Positions 39,316 through 49,896 of a stretch of DNA of 64,000 bases are shown here, in pieces. Position 1 is the stretch's first letter. Each line of letters starts with the position of its first letter. Origin of the DNA: Alphaproteobacteria bacterium. GTDB taxonomy: Bacteria > Pseudomonadota > Alphaproteobacteria > UBA9219. A model generated the notes under the pieces. The model was not told where the DNA came from, ran no database searches, and saw only the letters and a list, made by a program, of their open reading frames with translations. The stretch spans positions 192,062 to 256,061 of the forward strand of contig JAMFSS010000009.1 of the NCBI GenBank assembly GCA_026225415.1, read 5' to 3'. Both the position numbers and the translations under genes were made by a program.

Positions 39316-39831
39316 CTAGCGTGGCCCCGAAGGATTTCCTGTATCAGGCGTGATGCTTCCGCTGGAATTCAATCCGGTCGTGGTGTTGCCGCCACTTAAT
39401 GTGTTCGTGGGATAGGGTTGCGTTGCAGACCCCACCGTACCCGTCACAGAACCCGCAACACCCGAAGAACCTGCCGTGATGCCATTCGATGTTACGCCGC
39501 TGTTGCTTACGCTGTTATTCGTCACAGCCATATTGTTTGTCACACCATTATAACTGCTGGCTGCCGCACCCGATGGCGCCGTTTGCACGCTTGTGGAAGA
39601 CGCAGCCGATGGCAACGCACCAATCCCCATGCCGGTACCCGAAGGCGTTACCCCCTGATCAGAAGGAAACCCCGCACCGGAAATATTACCCGCCCCCGCG
39701 GCATTACCCGGTGCCGCCGCGCCCACCGTGGCATGCGCCGCAGTAGTGGCAGCGCAAACAGATACGCCCGAAGAAATAACCATGCCCATAACAAAGGCAC
39801 AAATTTTTATGGATGTTTTGGCATTATGCAT
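39316..39831 (-). CDS. secreted Gly/Ser/Thr-rich low-complexity protein
   Basis: Signal peptide, then a G/S/T/A/N-rich sequence. Convergent with tadC. Confidence 0.45.
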   Translation of the reverse strand: MHNAKTSIKICAFVMGMVISSGVSVCAATTAAHATVGAAAPGNAAGAGNISGAGFPSDQGVTPSGTGMGIGALPSAASSTSVQTAPSGAAASSYNGVTNNMAVTNNSVSNSGVTSNGITAGSSGVAGSVTGTVGSATQPYPTNTLSGGNTTTGLNSSGSITPDTGNPSGPR

Positions 39832-40041
39832 TTGTTTTTCCTTTCAATGAATATGCCCCATCCTTAAACCTGATTGAGCCGGAATTGTGATAATTCATAC
39901 GTGGCAAAATAAAGAAAGGATATGGTTTTGAAATAACCACGCCTTTTACCCCGCGCTTATTCCCTATGCGCCATAAGAAACTGCATTCTTATAACAAGCG
40001 CTTTACGCTCCCTTGAACTCACCAACTTCCAAGGACATATC

Positions 40042-40194
40042 ATGAGCACCATTCTTCTCGTCGTTCTTATCCTGCTGCTGGTCGGCGGTTTGCCCACATG
40101 GCCACACAGCCGCAGCTGGGGCTATTACCCATCCGCAGGCCTCGGCACAGTCCTTATCGTCGTCGTCGTCCTGATGTTGATGGGACGGATTTAA
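40042..40194 (+). CDS. DUF3309 small membrane protein
   Basis: MSTILLVVLILLLVGGLPTWPHSRSWGYYPSAGLGTVLIVVVVLMLMGRI matches the DUF3309 pattern. Not in the ORF track. Confidence 0.7.
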   Translation: MSTILLVVLILLLVGGLPTWPHSRSWGYYPSAGLGTVLIVVVVLMLMGRI

Positions 40195-40214
40195 CCTTAA
40201 CCCGCGAGGCTTCC

Positions 40215-40742
40215 ATGTATCCCGCCGCCAAATCATCCTGCACATATCTGATCGCCACCACCGTCATCTGCTTTTCACTTTTGGGCGCGGCGCATGCAAT
40301 GGCGGCGGAATCGACCAAGGATTTTGCCCATGATACCTCGGTCGGCAACTCGTTTGAAATCCAGTCGAGCCAATTGGCGTTGGAAAAAACGCAAAGCAAA
40401 GACATTAAATTATTTGCGCAACACATGATCGATGATCACGGCAAGGCGCAAGATGATTTAAAGAGCGCCGTGTCGGCATCGAACGCCGATGTGGTAATGC
40501 CCGATGGCAGCCTGGACGGCAAGCATCAGAAAATGTTGGGCAAGCTGAACGACGAAAAAGGCAAGGATTTCGACAAGCTGTATGTGCATGACCAGGTTGT
40601 GGCGCATGACGACACGGTTGCGATGTTCATGAATTATGCCCAGGACGGCGATAACGCGGCGTTGAAAGATTTTGCGAACGCAACTTTGCCAACACTTAAA
40701 GAACATCAACAGGATATCCACAAAATCCGCTCGAATATGTAG
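40215..40742 (+). CDS. DUF4142 domain periplasmic protein
   Basis: Signal peptide and a DUF4142-like helical domain (FEIQSSQLALEKTQSKDIKLFAQHMIDDH...). Confidence 0.65.
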   Translation: MYPAAKSSCTYLIATTVICFSLLGAAHAMAAESTKDFAHDTSVGNSFEIQSSQLALEKTQSKDIKLFAQHMIDDHGKAQDDLKSAVSASNADVVMPDGSLDGKHQKMLGKLNDEKGKDFDKLYVHDQVVAHDDTVAMFMNYAQDGDNAALKDFANATLPTLKEHQQDIHKIRSNM

Positions 40743-40744
40743 CA

Positions 40745-40860
40745 AGACTCCCTCTCCCCTTGCGGGAGAGGAAGCAAAAAACTTGGGCTTACGCCCTTAA
40801 AGCGTAAGCCCTAAGTTTTTGCAGGTGAGGGGGTTGCTTGCTATCCGCTAGCAACCCCCC
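40745..40860. repeat. structured intergenic repeat element, copy 2 of 3 (with an extra GC hairpin at 40830-40860)
   Basis: gactccctctccccttgcgggagaggaagcaaaaaacttgggcttacgcccttaaagcgtaagccctaagtttttgcaggtgagggggt... Confidence 0.8.
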
Positions 40861-40866
40861 ACTAAC

Positions 40867-41439
40867 TTACAAATTAGCCTCGGACTCAATATACAACTTC
40901 ACCTCATCCCCCAACGCAGGCAAATAGGTTGTCATCCCGAAATCCGACCGTTTGACGGTTGTGGTCGCGCTGAACCCCGCGGTTTTCTTGTGCATCATAT
41001 TGTCGCCGATTTTGTTCAACGTCACATTCAAAACTTCCGGCTTGCTGATACCGCGCAGCGATAATGTGCCTTCGACCTTGGCGCTATTTTTACCGGTCAA
41101 AACCACTTTGGTGCTGGTAAAAGTCGCAGTCGGATATGATGCCACATCAAAAAATTGATCCGACTTCAAATGTTCGTCCAGCTTGGGGATACCCGTCACC
41201 AGCTCATCGGTTGGAATGGTCACCGACAGGCTGCTGTTCTGTGGCGCGGCTTCATCCAGCGTCAAAGAACCCGTGATCATCGAAAATTTACCCCACGGGT
41301 TGGAAAACCCGAAATGGTTGATGGTCCAGGTCACCGCCGTGTGCATGGGGTCGAGCGTATAGGTATCGGCCGCATGCGCAACGCCGGATATCATCATCAA
41401 TCCGGTCAGCAACATGGAAGTGCGAAGAAAATTTTTCAT
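40867..41439 (-). CDS. YceI-family periplasmic protein
   Basis: Signal peptide and the YceI-like lipid-binding barrel signature (TWTINHFGFSNPWGKF...). Confidence 0.8.
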   Translation of the reverse strand: MKNFLRTSMLLTGLMMISGVAHAADTYTLDPMHTAVTWTINHFGFSNPWGKFSMITGSLTLDEAAPQNSSLSVTIPTDELVTGIPKLDEHLKSDQFFDVASYPTATFTSTKVVLTGKNSAKVEGTLSLRGISKPEVLNVTLNKIGDNMMHKKTAGFSATTTVKRSDFGMTTYLPALGDEVKLYIESEANL

Positions 41440-41463
41440 TTCTGTCTCCTGTGGGTGGAACGG

Positions 41464-42024
41464 TTATTTAAAACGCGCGGTCAAGGTAGCGACGCGCTTG
41501 CCCAGATGTTCCGCCGTTTTCAGGTCGCTGGCAATAGGGCCGTTATCGGGGCCCTGATCGGCGTTCGATTGCGCCATGGCGCCCAGAAAACTTCCCAACC
41601 GGTTCAGATCTTCAACCGAACCTTTGCTGTTATTATTGCCGGGCATCAAATCCAAACCGACCCAGATCATGCCATGCTGTGCCGCGAAAACGGCCAACCC
41701 TTGCAATGTGTTCAGCTTGTCGCCGCTTTGGCTGGCCGAATTGGTGAAACCGGCGGAAATTTTATCAACCCATTTACGCGCCATCCAGACTTTAGAGCTT
41801 TCATCCATAAATTTCTTAAACGGCGCGCTGACATTGCCCATATAAGTCGGGCTGCCAAAAATAATCGCATCGGCGCTGTCCAATTCATCCCACGGTGTTT
41901 CATTGTCACCCACCGCGATCAGTTTGACGATGCCCCCCGCCACCGACTCGGCGCCCTTGGCGACGGCCTTGGCTTGTTCGGCGGTATGGCCGTAGCCGCT
42001 GTGATAAACAATCGCGATTTTCAT
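41464..42024 (-). CDS. flavodoxin-like fold NAD(P)H:quinone oxidoreductase family protein (WrbA/NQR-like)
   Basis: MKIAIVYHSGYGHTAEQAKAVAKGAE...IIFGSPTYMGNVSAPFKKFMD. Confidence 0.65.
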   Translation of the reverse strand: MKIAIVYHSGYGHTAEQAKAVAKGAESVAGGIVKLIAVGDNETPWDELDSADAIIFGSPTYMGNVSAPFKKFMDESSKVWMARKWVDKISAGFTNSASQSGDKLNTLQGLAVFAAQHGMIWVGLDLMPGNNNSKGSVEDLNRLGSFLGAMAQSNADQGPDNGPIASDLKTAEHLGKRVATLTARFK

Positions 42025-42148
42025 GATTTTCCCTGTGTTTGTTATTGGTTGTATTTAGTAACTGACTAAGTTATAAATACCAATATGAAAACCGCAAGTA
42101 GGCACTGTTAAATTACACAGTCACCCCAAAGTAACTATAAAGGCCAAA

Positions 42149-42589
42149 ATGATGAAACCACATACAGATAAAACACACGCGGGTAGGACACGTTGCCCCT
42201 TACAAGAATTGCTGACGCGACTGGGCGATAAATGGAGCCTGCTGATCCTGTGCACCCTGTCCAACGCGCCGAATAATTGCGCCCGGTTTTCCGAATTGAA
42301 ACGCGGCATCAACGGCATTTCGCAACGGATGCTTACGGCGACTTTGCGGAATCTGGAACGCGACGGCATTTTAACGCGCGTTGTCTTTCCGGTTATCCCG
42401 CCGCGCGTCGAATACAGCCTGACCCCGCTTGGCAAGAACCTGCTTCAACCTGTGGAATCTTTGGTCGGATGGGTCGAACAACATTGGGAAACAATTGAAA
42501 AATCACGCAGCGTGTATGACGCGACCCATACGCCTCCGGCCATGGCAAAAGAAATTATCGTCCAAACGCGTTTTTCGGCGTCACGGTAA
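42149..42589 (+). CDS. HxlR-family transcriptional regulator
   Basis: CPLQELLTRLGDKWSLLILCTL...RFSELKRGINGISQRMLTATLRNLERDGIL. It is divergent from the oxidoreductase gene, and AGTAACT-containing near-palindromes lie in the shared spacer. Confidence 0.85.
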   Translation: MMKPHTDKTHAGRTRCPLQELLTRLGDKWSLLILCTLSNAPNNCARFSELKRGINGISQRMLTATLRNLERDGILTRVVFPVIPPRVEYSLTPLGKNLLQPVESLVGWVEQHWETIEKSRSVYDATHTPPAMAKEIIVQTRFSASR

Positions 42590-43655
42590 ATATCTTGGAC
42601 ATTAATGTGATAAATTCGCGCGTCTGTTCCCATGCCATCTTGCGGTTGGGAAAACGTTTCGACATAACGTCCCAGCAATAAGTCGCATGCCCGGTACGCC
42701 CCAACCCATTGCCCAATGTTTGATAGGCCTTGCTGCTGTTCTGTAAAAAATTCACGAAATCGGTCGAACCGCTGCGCAAAATAAACATTTTGTCATAGGC
42801 CGTTTGATACTGGTTCAAAACCTTCTCAACCGCCTGCCATTCATTCTGAAAACCTGCTTTAATCTGTTCAATCGTCGCCTTCAACGTATCACGTTCCTGT
42901 CCCGTGGCGGCGGCGGGCGGTATCTTGATGCCCTGCATCCATCCATGCAATTCGGTATACAGCGCCGTCGCGCGTTGCCGTTCGAACCCGTAATAAATAA
43001 CACCCTTCCACGCCGCGAAAATTTCTTTTTCCTTGCCCTGCGGCAAACGGAAAGCCATCACCAAAGGCTTCAGCGCGTCCATATCGCGGCCTTCCCAGAT
43101 TTTTTCGATCAGCTTGCGCGCCATTTCATCCGAAGCAACCGCATCGGGGAACGCGGCCTTGGCCAGCGGTTCAAAATTTTGCAGAATATAGAGTTCGATC
43201 TGGTTCCATAATTCTTCCGACACATCGAAATAATCGTCGTTCATTTCGATATTTTCATTCCTGAAAACATCCTTCAGCAAAAACGGGTCGAGCGAGGGAA
43301 GCCGGTCGAGGATTTTCATCACCCGCATATCGTCGGCCAACCATTCTTTGGGCAACGCGCCTTCGCCGAACGTGTCGATCAACCCGCGTTCGGCGGCAGT
43401 GTCATGCACAAAAATCGTGCGGCCGCCTTCGTAAATATCATTCTGGTTAAACGGTAGATAAATTTTGGTGCCGATGGAAGAATTACGCGCGTCCGCATCG
43501 GTGTCTTTGATCAACACGATATTGTTCAACGGTTTGCAACGAAAGAAGGTCCGCGCGATGGGGTCTTTGGCCAAAATCTTTTTGGTCATCACATTGCAAT
43601 TCAGGACGCGCGGCGACCCGACATCAAGCATTGGTTTAAGATATTCGCCAGCCAT
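42555..43655 (-). CDS. hypothetical cytoplasmic protein (366 aa) downstream of the alternative sigma factor
   Basis: Long clean ORF with no TM or signal peptide. No family recognised. Confidence 0.55.
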   Translation of the reverse strand: MAGEYLKPMLDVGSPRVLNCNVMTKKILAKDPIARTFFRCKPLNNIVLIKDTDADARNSSIGTKIYLPFNQNDIYEGGRTIFVHDTAAERGLIDTFGEGALPKEWLADDMRVMKILDRLPSLDPFLLKDVFRNENIEMNDDYFDVSEELWNQIELYILQNFEPLAKAAFPDAVASDEMARKLIEKIWEGRDMDALKPLVMAFRLPQGKEKEIFAAWKGVIYYGFERQRATALYTELHGWMQGIKIPPAAATGQERDTLKATIEQIKAGFQNEWQAVEKVLNQYQTAYDKMFILRSGSTDFVNFLQNSSKAYQTLGNGLGRTGHATYCWDVMSKRFPNRKMAWEQTREFITLMSKIFTVTPKNAFGR

Positions 43656-43778
43656 GCATTAACCACGAAAAACGGAAAAACAGCCAAAACTATAACGGCG
43701 ATTAAGTTAACAAAGACTCTACAAAGAAACCTGTTTATGCTCAATAAGTTATGAAGTTTTACGGAGGCAGAAAACCGA

Positions 43779-45083
43779 TTAAAGACCAGCGCCCATGGGT
43801 GGTTTTACCCGAGGCTCCATCTTTCGCCGGGCCTTGCGCGCAGGCGCCGCCGCTTCGACACGACGCTCGCCGAATTCTGCGGCATGCTTGCCCAACACGG
43901 TCAAAGCCTTTGCTTCCAGCTGACGGATACGTTCGCGGGTAATACCATATTTCACGGCAAGCACTTCCAGCGTTTGTGTTTCCTCGCCCGAAAGACCGAA
44001 ACGTTTGCGCACGATATCGCTGTGCTTTTCCGACAAAGAAGAGTCGACCGTGTCGCGCAACCGCGCGTAAATCTGCGCGTTGATCAATCCTTCCATGGCA
44101 TCCGGCAAGGATGTGTCCGGAAGATAATCGCCCAGCACCGCGTCGCTATCTTCCCCTTTTCCGACGGGGCTATCCAAACTCACAACCCGCGCGTCAATCG
44201 ATTGCAGGTCGTGGATTTTATCAACCGGCATGTCCATGGCCTTGGCAAGTTCCACAAAACTGGGCGACCTGCCACATGTTTGACGAAAATTACTTTCAAG
44301 CCGCAACATCTTGGCCTGTGCTTTTTTCATGTTCATAGGCAAATAAATATCACTGCCCTGTTTATGCACAAAATCACTCAAAGCCGCTTCGACCCATGGG
44401 CAAGCATAGGTGTAAAGCCGGAAACCACGATGCGGGTCAAACCCTTCGATACCGCGCATCAAACCGATACCCGCCTCTTGCTTCAAATCATCACCGTCAA
44501 AACCAGACTTGATATAAGTATATGACAGACGCGGCAAGAGCGTATCCTGGCTCATAAATAATGTATTTTTTGCGCGGTCCAACGCCCGACGGTTCTTTTT
44601 GATATCTTTGATAATATCTGAAAATTCAGATTGATCGTCAAACGCGACCCCATCCGCCAGATCATAAAGAACGGAATCTTTTAAACGCACAACATCGATA
44701 ATGGTGGATATAATCTGCTGACGCGCATCGTCTGTTGGCAGCTTTTCGCGGTTTGTTATCACATCGTGAATAAGACCGGCCAGCTGCGCAGCCAACGCGG
44801 CTCTTTTATGCGGCGCATCATCTTCCGACTCTTTTTTACGAAGAAAAAGATAATCATTAAAATCCAACGAAGCATCGGCGACGCCGGCATAAATGGCGTG
44901 GATTTTTTCTAAAGTCTGGGGAAAGGCGACCAGCCCCTGAACAAGTTGCGTTCTTGCATCCAGCATTTGTTGCGCGATGACGAATTCATTGGCGCCCGAT
45001 AATCTTAAACCATTTGTTCTGGCAAGGATCTCGCCGGCGGCTGCAAAATCAACCGCGGCGGATATTTTTCCTAAATGCGTCAT
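43779..45083 (-). CDS. sigma-70 family sigma factor (non-primary, RpoD-like regions 2-4 with an atypical N-terminal extension of about 200 aa)
   Basis: Region 2 IGLMRGIEGFDPHRGFRLYTYACPWVEAALSDFV and region 4.2 KYGITRERIRQLEAKAL. Confidence 0.8.
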   Translation of the reverse strand: MTHLGKISAAVDFAAAGEILARTNGLRLSGANEFVIAQQMLDARTQLVQGLVAFPQTLEKIHAIYAGVADASLDFNDYLFLRKKESEDDAPHKRAALAAQLAGLIHDVITNREKLPTDDARQQIISTIIDVVRLKDSVLYDLADGVAFDDQSEFSDIIKDIKKNRRALDRAKNTLFMSQDTLLPRLSYTYIKSGFDGDDLKQEAGIGLMRGIEGFDPHRGFRLYTYACPWVEAALSDFVHKQGSDIYLPMNMKKAQAKMLRLESNFRQTCGRSPSFVELAKAMDMPVDKIHDLQSIDARVVSLDSPVGKGEDSDAVLGDYLPDTSLPDAMEGLINAQIYARLRDTVDSSLSEKHSDIVRKRFGLSGEETQTLEVLAVKYGITRERIRQLEAKALTVLGKHAAEFGERRVEAAAPARKARRKMEPRVKPPMGAGL

Positions 45084-45198
45084 AATTTTAAAACCTCACT
45101 CTAAAAATATCTGGGACACCCTAACGCTAGCATCCCCTCCCTTTTTAAACCTGAGCGAATTTACTTTCAAACCCAATCGACCAAAAACATGGTTAACG

Positions 45199-46647
45199 TT
45201 AGGGTTTTTTGGCCCTGACCACGTCATGCAACCGCATAACCAGCGCGCCCATCGACCGTACAGTAACATTAAGCGTATCGATATTTTGTTCAATGCTTTG
45301 CATCCATAACGCGTTTGCGCTGTCGGCAACGGGCACAACGGGCGCATCCAGCGTCGCCAGCAAAAACGCGAAATGCCATTCCGAAACCGGTTTGGCCCAT
45401 GTCTGTTCCAACCACGCGCGATAGGGTTGCGGCATGTTATAGGGGCTGATGAAAGGCGGGCGCGAAGGCTCGGTGTCGAAAACGCGGCGCGTCACCACTT
45501 CATTCACAAACAAAAAGAAAGCCAGAAAAATATCATCCGGCCAGACGCAATCGCGCTTGGCGGTCGAGATTTCGTTATAATCAATCAGGTACGGAAAATT
45601 ATTTTCCCCCATGATGATATTCCACACCCGTAAATCGGCATGATACAACCCGGTTTTTTCCAACTGCGCCAACTGTTGCAACACGCCGCGCAAAATATCG
45701 CGCGCGTCGTAATCACCGCCGTTGGTGATAACGTCACTCAGCCGCACGCCCTTGATTTTTTCCTGCACCAACCACGCGGTATTTTCATCCCCACCGCTTT
45801 GCACAAGTTTAGGCGACCACTCATACCCAACGGGGGGCGATTGCAAAAACTGCGCCGCCTGCGTGATGGCATAGCGGTTAATCGCGCCATAATCGCCGGT
45901 GACGTCATACAGTTTGGCCATAGATGTATCGCCAAAGAAATACCGACGCCCGCGCCCGTTATCTGCATGCGCGTCAAACGCGCCCATCTCGCCGCCCAGA
46001 TACCAAAAAACACGGCTGCAATAATACAAAGGGCGCGTGGAATTCAGATGCGTTTCATGATGCGCGATAATGCGGTAAAAAGGTTGCGGCGCAATCAGAT
46101 AATCAGAATGTTCGGGCTGTGCCGCGGCAAAGCCGGGCTGTTCCGTCGCCAACGCCATTTCAAAAATCCCCGTCGGAATTTTCTGCATGATGCGCGTCAC
46201 GATATCGCGTGTGGCTTCCTTGCCATTATGCAGGCAAAGATGGTGAAAAACGCTAAGCCCCAACACCAGATCGAATTGATCGTCACCCAACGTGCCGACA
46301 ATTTTTTCTATCTCATCCGCCTGAAACCGTATCGCCAGTTGCCGGTTTTCCAGCAACAGCATATGACAGACATTGATATTATCCTGCAAATAATCAACGC
46401 CCAACACCTGCGCGCCCGCCTGCGCCAGATGAAACCCAAACCAACCTTGCGCGCACCCTAAATCCAGCACGCGTATGGGTCGCCCCAATTGCCGCACCAA
46501 CGCGTGATGCACGCCCATAATATGCCGCAAGCGGTCTTCGCATTTGCGCGAAGCTTCATTGCCAAATTCATCATGGCCGAAAATCGGTTGATAGACTTCT
46601 TTAAGGTTGCCGACGACAGTTTTTAATTCGGGAAGAGGATCCATCAC
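45199..46647 (-). CDS. bifunctional class-I SAM methyltransferase / protein-kinase-like (APH-fold) fusion, WbdD-like architecture
   Basis: N-terminal MTase motif I RVLDLGCAQGWFGFHLA. C-terminal kinase catalytic loop YHADLRVWNIIM plus a DYN(E) metal-binding motif. Confidence 0.65.
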   Translation of the reverse strand: MMDPLPELKTVVGNLKEVYQPIFGHDEFGNEASRKCEDRLRHIMGVHHALVRQLGRPIRVLDLGCAQGWFGFHLAQAGAQVLGVDYLQDNINVCHMLLLENRQLAIRFQADEIEKIVGTLGDDQFDLVLGLSVFHHLCLHNGKEATRDIVTRIMQKIPTGIFEMALATEQPGFAAAQPEHSDYLIAPQPFYRIIAHHETHLNSTRPLYYCSRVFWYLGGEMGAFDAHADNGRGRRYFFGDTSMAKLYDVTGDYGAINRYAITQAAQFLQSPPVGYEWSPKLVQSGGDENTAWLVQEKIKGVRLSDVITNGGDYDARDILRGVLQQLAQLEKTGLYHADLRVWNIIMGENNFPYLIDYNEISTAKRDCVWPDDIFLAFFLFVNEVVTRRVFDTEPSRPPFISPYNMPQPYRAWLEQTWAKPVSEWHFAFLLATLDAPVVPVADSANALWMQSIEQNIDTLNVTVRSMGALVMRLHDVVRAKKP

Positions 46648-46707
46648 GCTCTCATCATCTGTGGGGCGACCATCTTCCTATGCCGTTATCCCAAGCACAA
46701 GAGAGGA

Positions 46708-46896
46708 TTATACAGCCCCGGACGCGGGCTTAAACTGCTTGAGCCGTTTAAGCATCCTTGCGCGATCGCCATCCGTGTGAAGTTCTGCAGTTTCGCCGCT
46801 TGGGGTGCGAACCGTCGCCACCGTGAATGACCCATTCCAACGGAGCAATTTCAGGCCATGTTTTTCGATAAGCCTTACGGCGCTGTTTCTGTTCAT
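46708..46896 (-). CDS. HicA-like (YcfA family) small protein, possibly a degenerate orphan toxin
   Basis: [19 protein letters not shown]... resembles the HicA core L.k.GW.l.r..GSH but carries F in place of the catalytic His. No adjacent HicB. Confidence 0.4.
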   Translation of the reverse strand: MNRNSAVRLIEKHGLKLLRWNGSFTVATVRTPSGETAELHTDGDRARMLKRLKQFKPASGAV

Positions 46897-46965
46897 CAGA
46901 TGGCCTTAAAAATAAAATGGACACATAATAAAATGGCTGTGCCATCCGAAGCTTTGGCGCAGAAT

Positions 46966-47051
46966 GGTGCCCAGGAAGAGACTCGAACTCCCATGACCTT
47001 GCGATCGCTAGCACCTGAAGCTAGTGCGTCTACCAATTTCGCCACCTGGGC
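46966..47051 (-). tRNA. tRNA-Leu (anticodon CAG)
   Basis: Hand-folded. Acceptor GCCCAGG, anticodon loop UUCAGGU, long variable arm, T-arm GGAGTTCGAGTCTCTTCC, encoded CCA. Confidence 0.85.
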
Positions 47052-47103
47052 ACGGTCTTGCGAAGGCGTTTGAGTACGGCGACAGCCGGCAAAAGTCAAC
47101 CGC

Positions 47104-48609
<1,506 letters not shown>

Positions 48610-48772
48610 TTAGTTAATGGCAGGGATGTATAAGGCGAAAGGGGCATAGGCGTAAAGGCCAAAATTACTTACAAAGAGCATTACCTTCTTAACCCCTTGC
48701 TGACATTGATCTTTCTTGAAAAATTATCCTCAAACACGAGCCAATGTTTAGGCACAATATAAAAGGACATTT

Positions 48773-48860
48773 AGACTCCCTCCCCCCTTGTGGGGGAGGA
48801 AGCAAAAACTTGGGCTTACGCTCTTGAGGCGCAAGCCCTTAGTTTTTGCAGGTGGGGGGT
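48773..48860. repeat. structured intergenic repeat element, copy 3 of 3
   Basis: gactccctccccccttgtgggggaggaagcaaaaacttgggcttacgctcttgaggcgcaagcccttagtttttgcaggtggggggt. Confidence 0.8.
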
Positions 48861-48894
48861 CGACTTTTTCACGTGAACTAGAAACATTCTTAAT

Positions 48895-49855
48895 TTAACG
48901 CGCCAACTTTCTTACAAACCCAACCCATTCCACCACCCGTTGTTCCCACTGATAATGCGCATGGAAATAATCGATTTGTTTGCGCAACTGCGTTTCCGCA
49001 GCCTCAGATTTTTCATCCAGCACCGCCAGAATTTCACCGGCAAAAGCATCATAATCCACCGGCATATTAAACCTTGTCGCGTCATCGGCATCTTCAACCG
49101 GCACATGCCGCGCAAACCCATGTGCCGTTTCCGGCAAGGCCGCGCGGTTGGTCGCCACAACCGACAAACCCGATGCCAATGATTCAATCATCGCAATACA
49201 CGATGTTTCCGGCCATGGATTGGGCGCGATCATTATCGAAGCCGCCTTCATGCGTCGCGCCAGTTCCCCCTGCCCCACCATGCCGACATGTGTGATGTTC
49301 GGTTGTGCGCACAACCAGTCGATATATTTTTTATCCTGCGCAACATTGCGTGAAGGATCGAGATTGCAAAACATCTCCACCGAAAAATCGGTACGTACCG
49401 CGCGGATTTTTTCCAGCACAGGCGGCACATGAAACGCGCCCCGCGCAAAGGAACCGACAAATTGCAAAACAGGTGGTTGGATTTTCTGCGGCATAATAGC
49501 CTGCCCCGTCGCAAAAGACCCCGCCACCAAAGGATTCATCCCATTGCGAATAACCGCCTGCCGCCATTTTGGACGCGCCGCGTTTTGGCACACGCGTTGT
49601 TGCCATTCACTGACAAACACCACCCCGTCAAACGCCGACAGCGCGGGCGTAAGAGGCGATGCAAAAACGCTTTCATGCATCCATGCAATCAGCGGCGCGG
49701 TCGGTACGGCGATTAAAAAACACGCATTCCACGCCTGTTTTCACCATTTCCCGCGCCAGAAAGCACACAGCCGACGTGGTGCCGCCCAGCGGTTCACCGC
49801 TATCGGGGCGGGCGGCATCGTAATGATACACAAAATCGATAAAAGCGAGGCGCAT
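48895..49855 (-). pseudogene. GT4-family glycosyltransferase split by a frameshift (N-terminal fragment 49673-49855, C-terminal fragment 48895-49680)
   Basis: The N-terminal fragment (MRLAFIDFVYHYDAARPDSGEPLGGTTSA...) is a GT-B N-terminus. The C-terminal fragment carries ...DGVVFVSEWQQ... and a C-terminal GT-B domain. The two fragments overlap by 8 nt in different frames. Confidence 0.65.
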
Positions 49856-49896
49856 AAGGGATTCTCAACGGGCTATTCTTATAGTATAAAGAGATC

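Noticed and set aside
46748-47014. 88-aa minus-strand ORF overlapping tRNA-Leu
   Set aside because: Overlaps a tRNA gene and the HicA-like ORF in another frame, so spurious.
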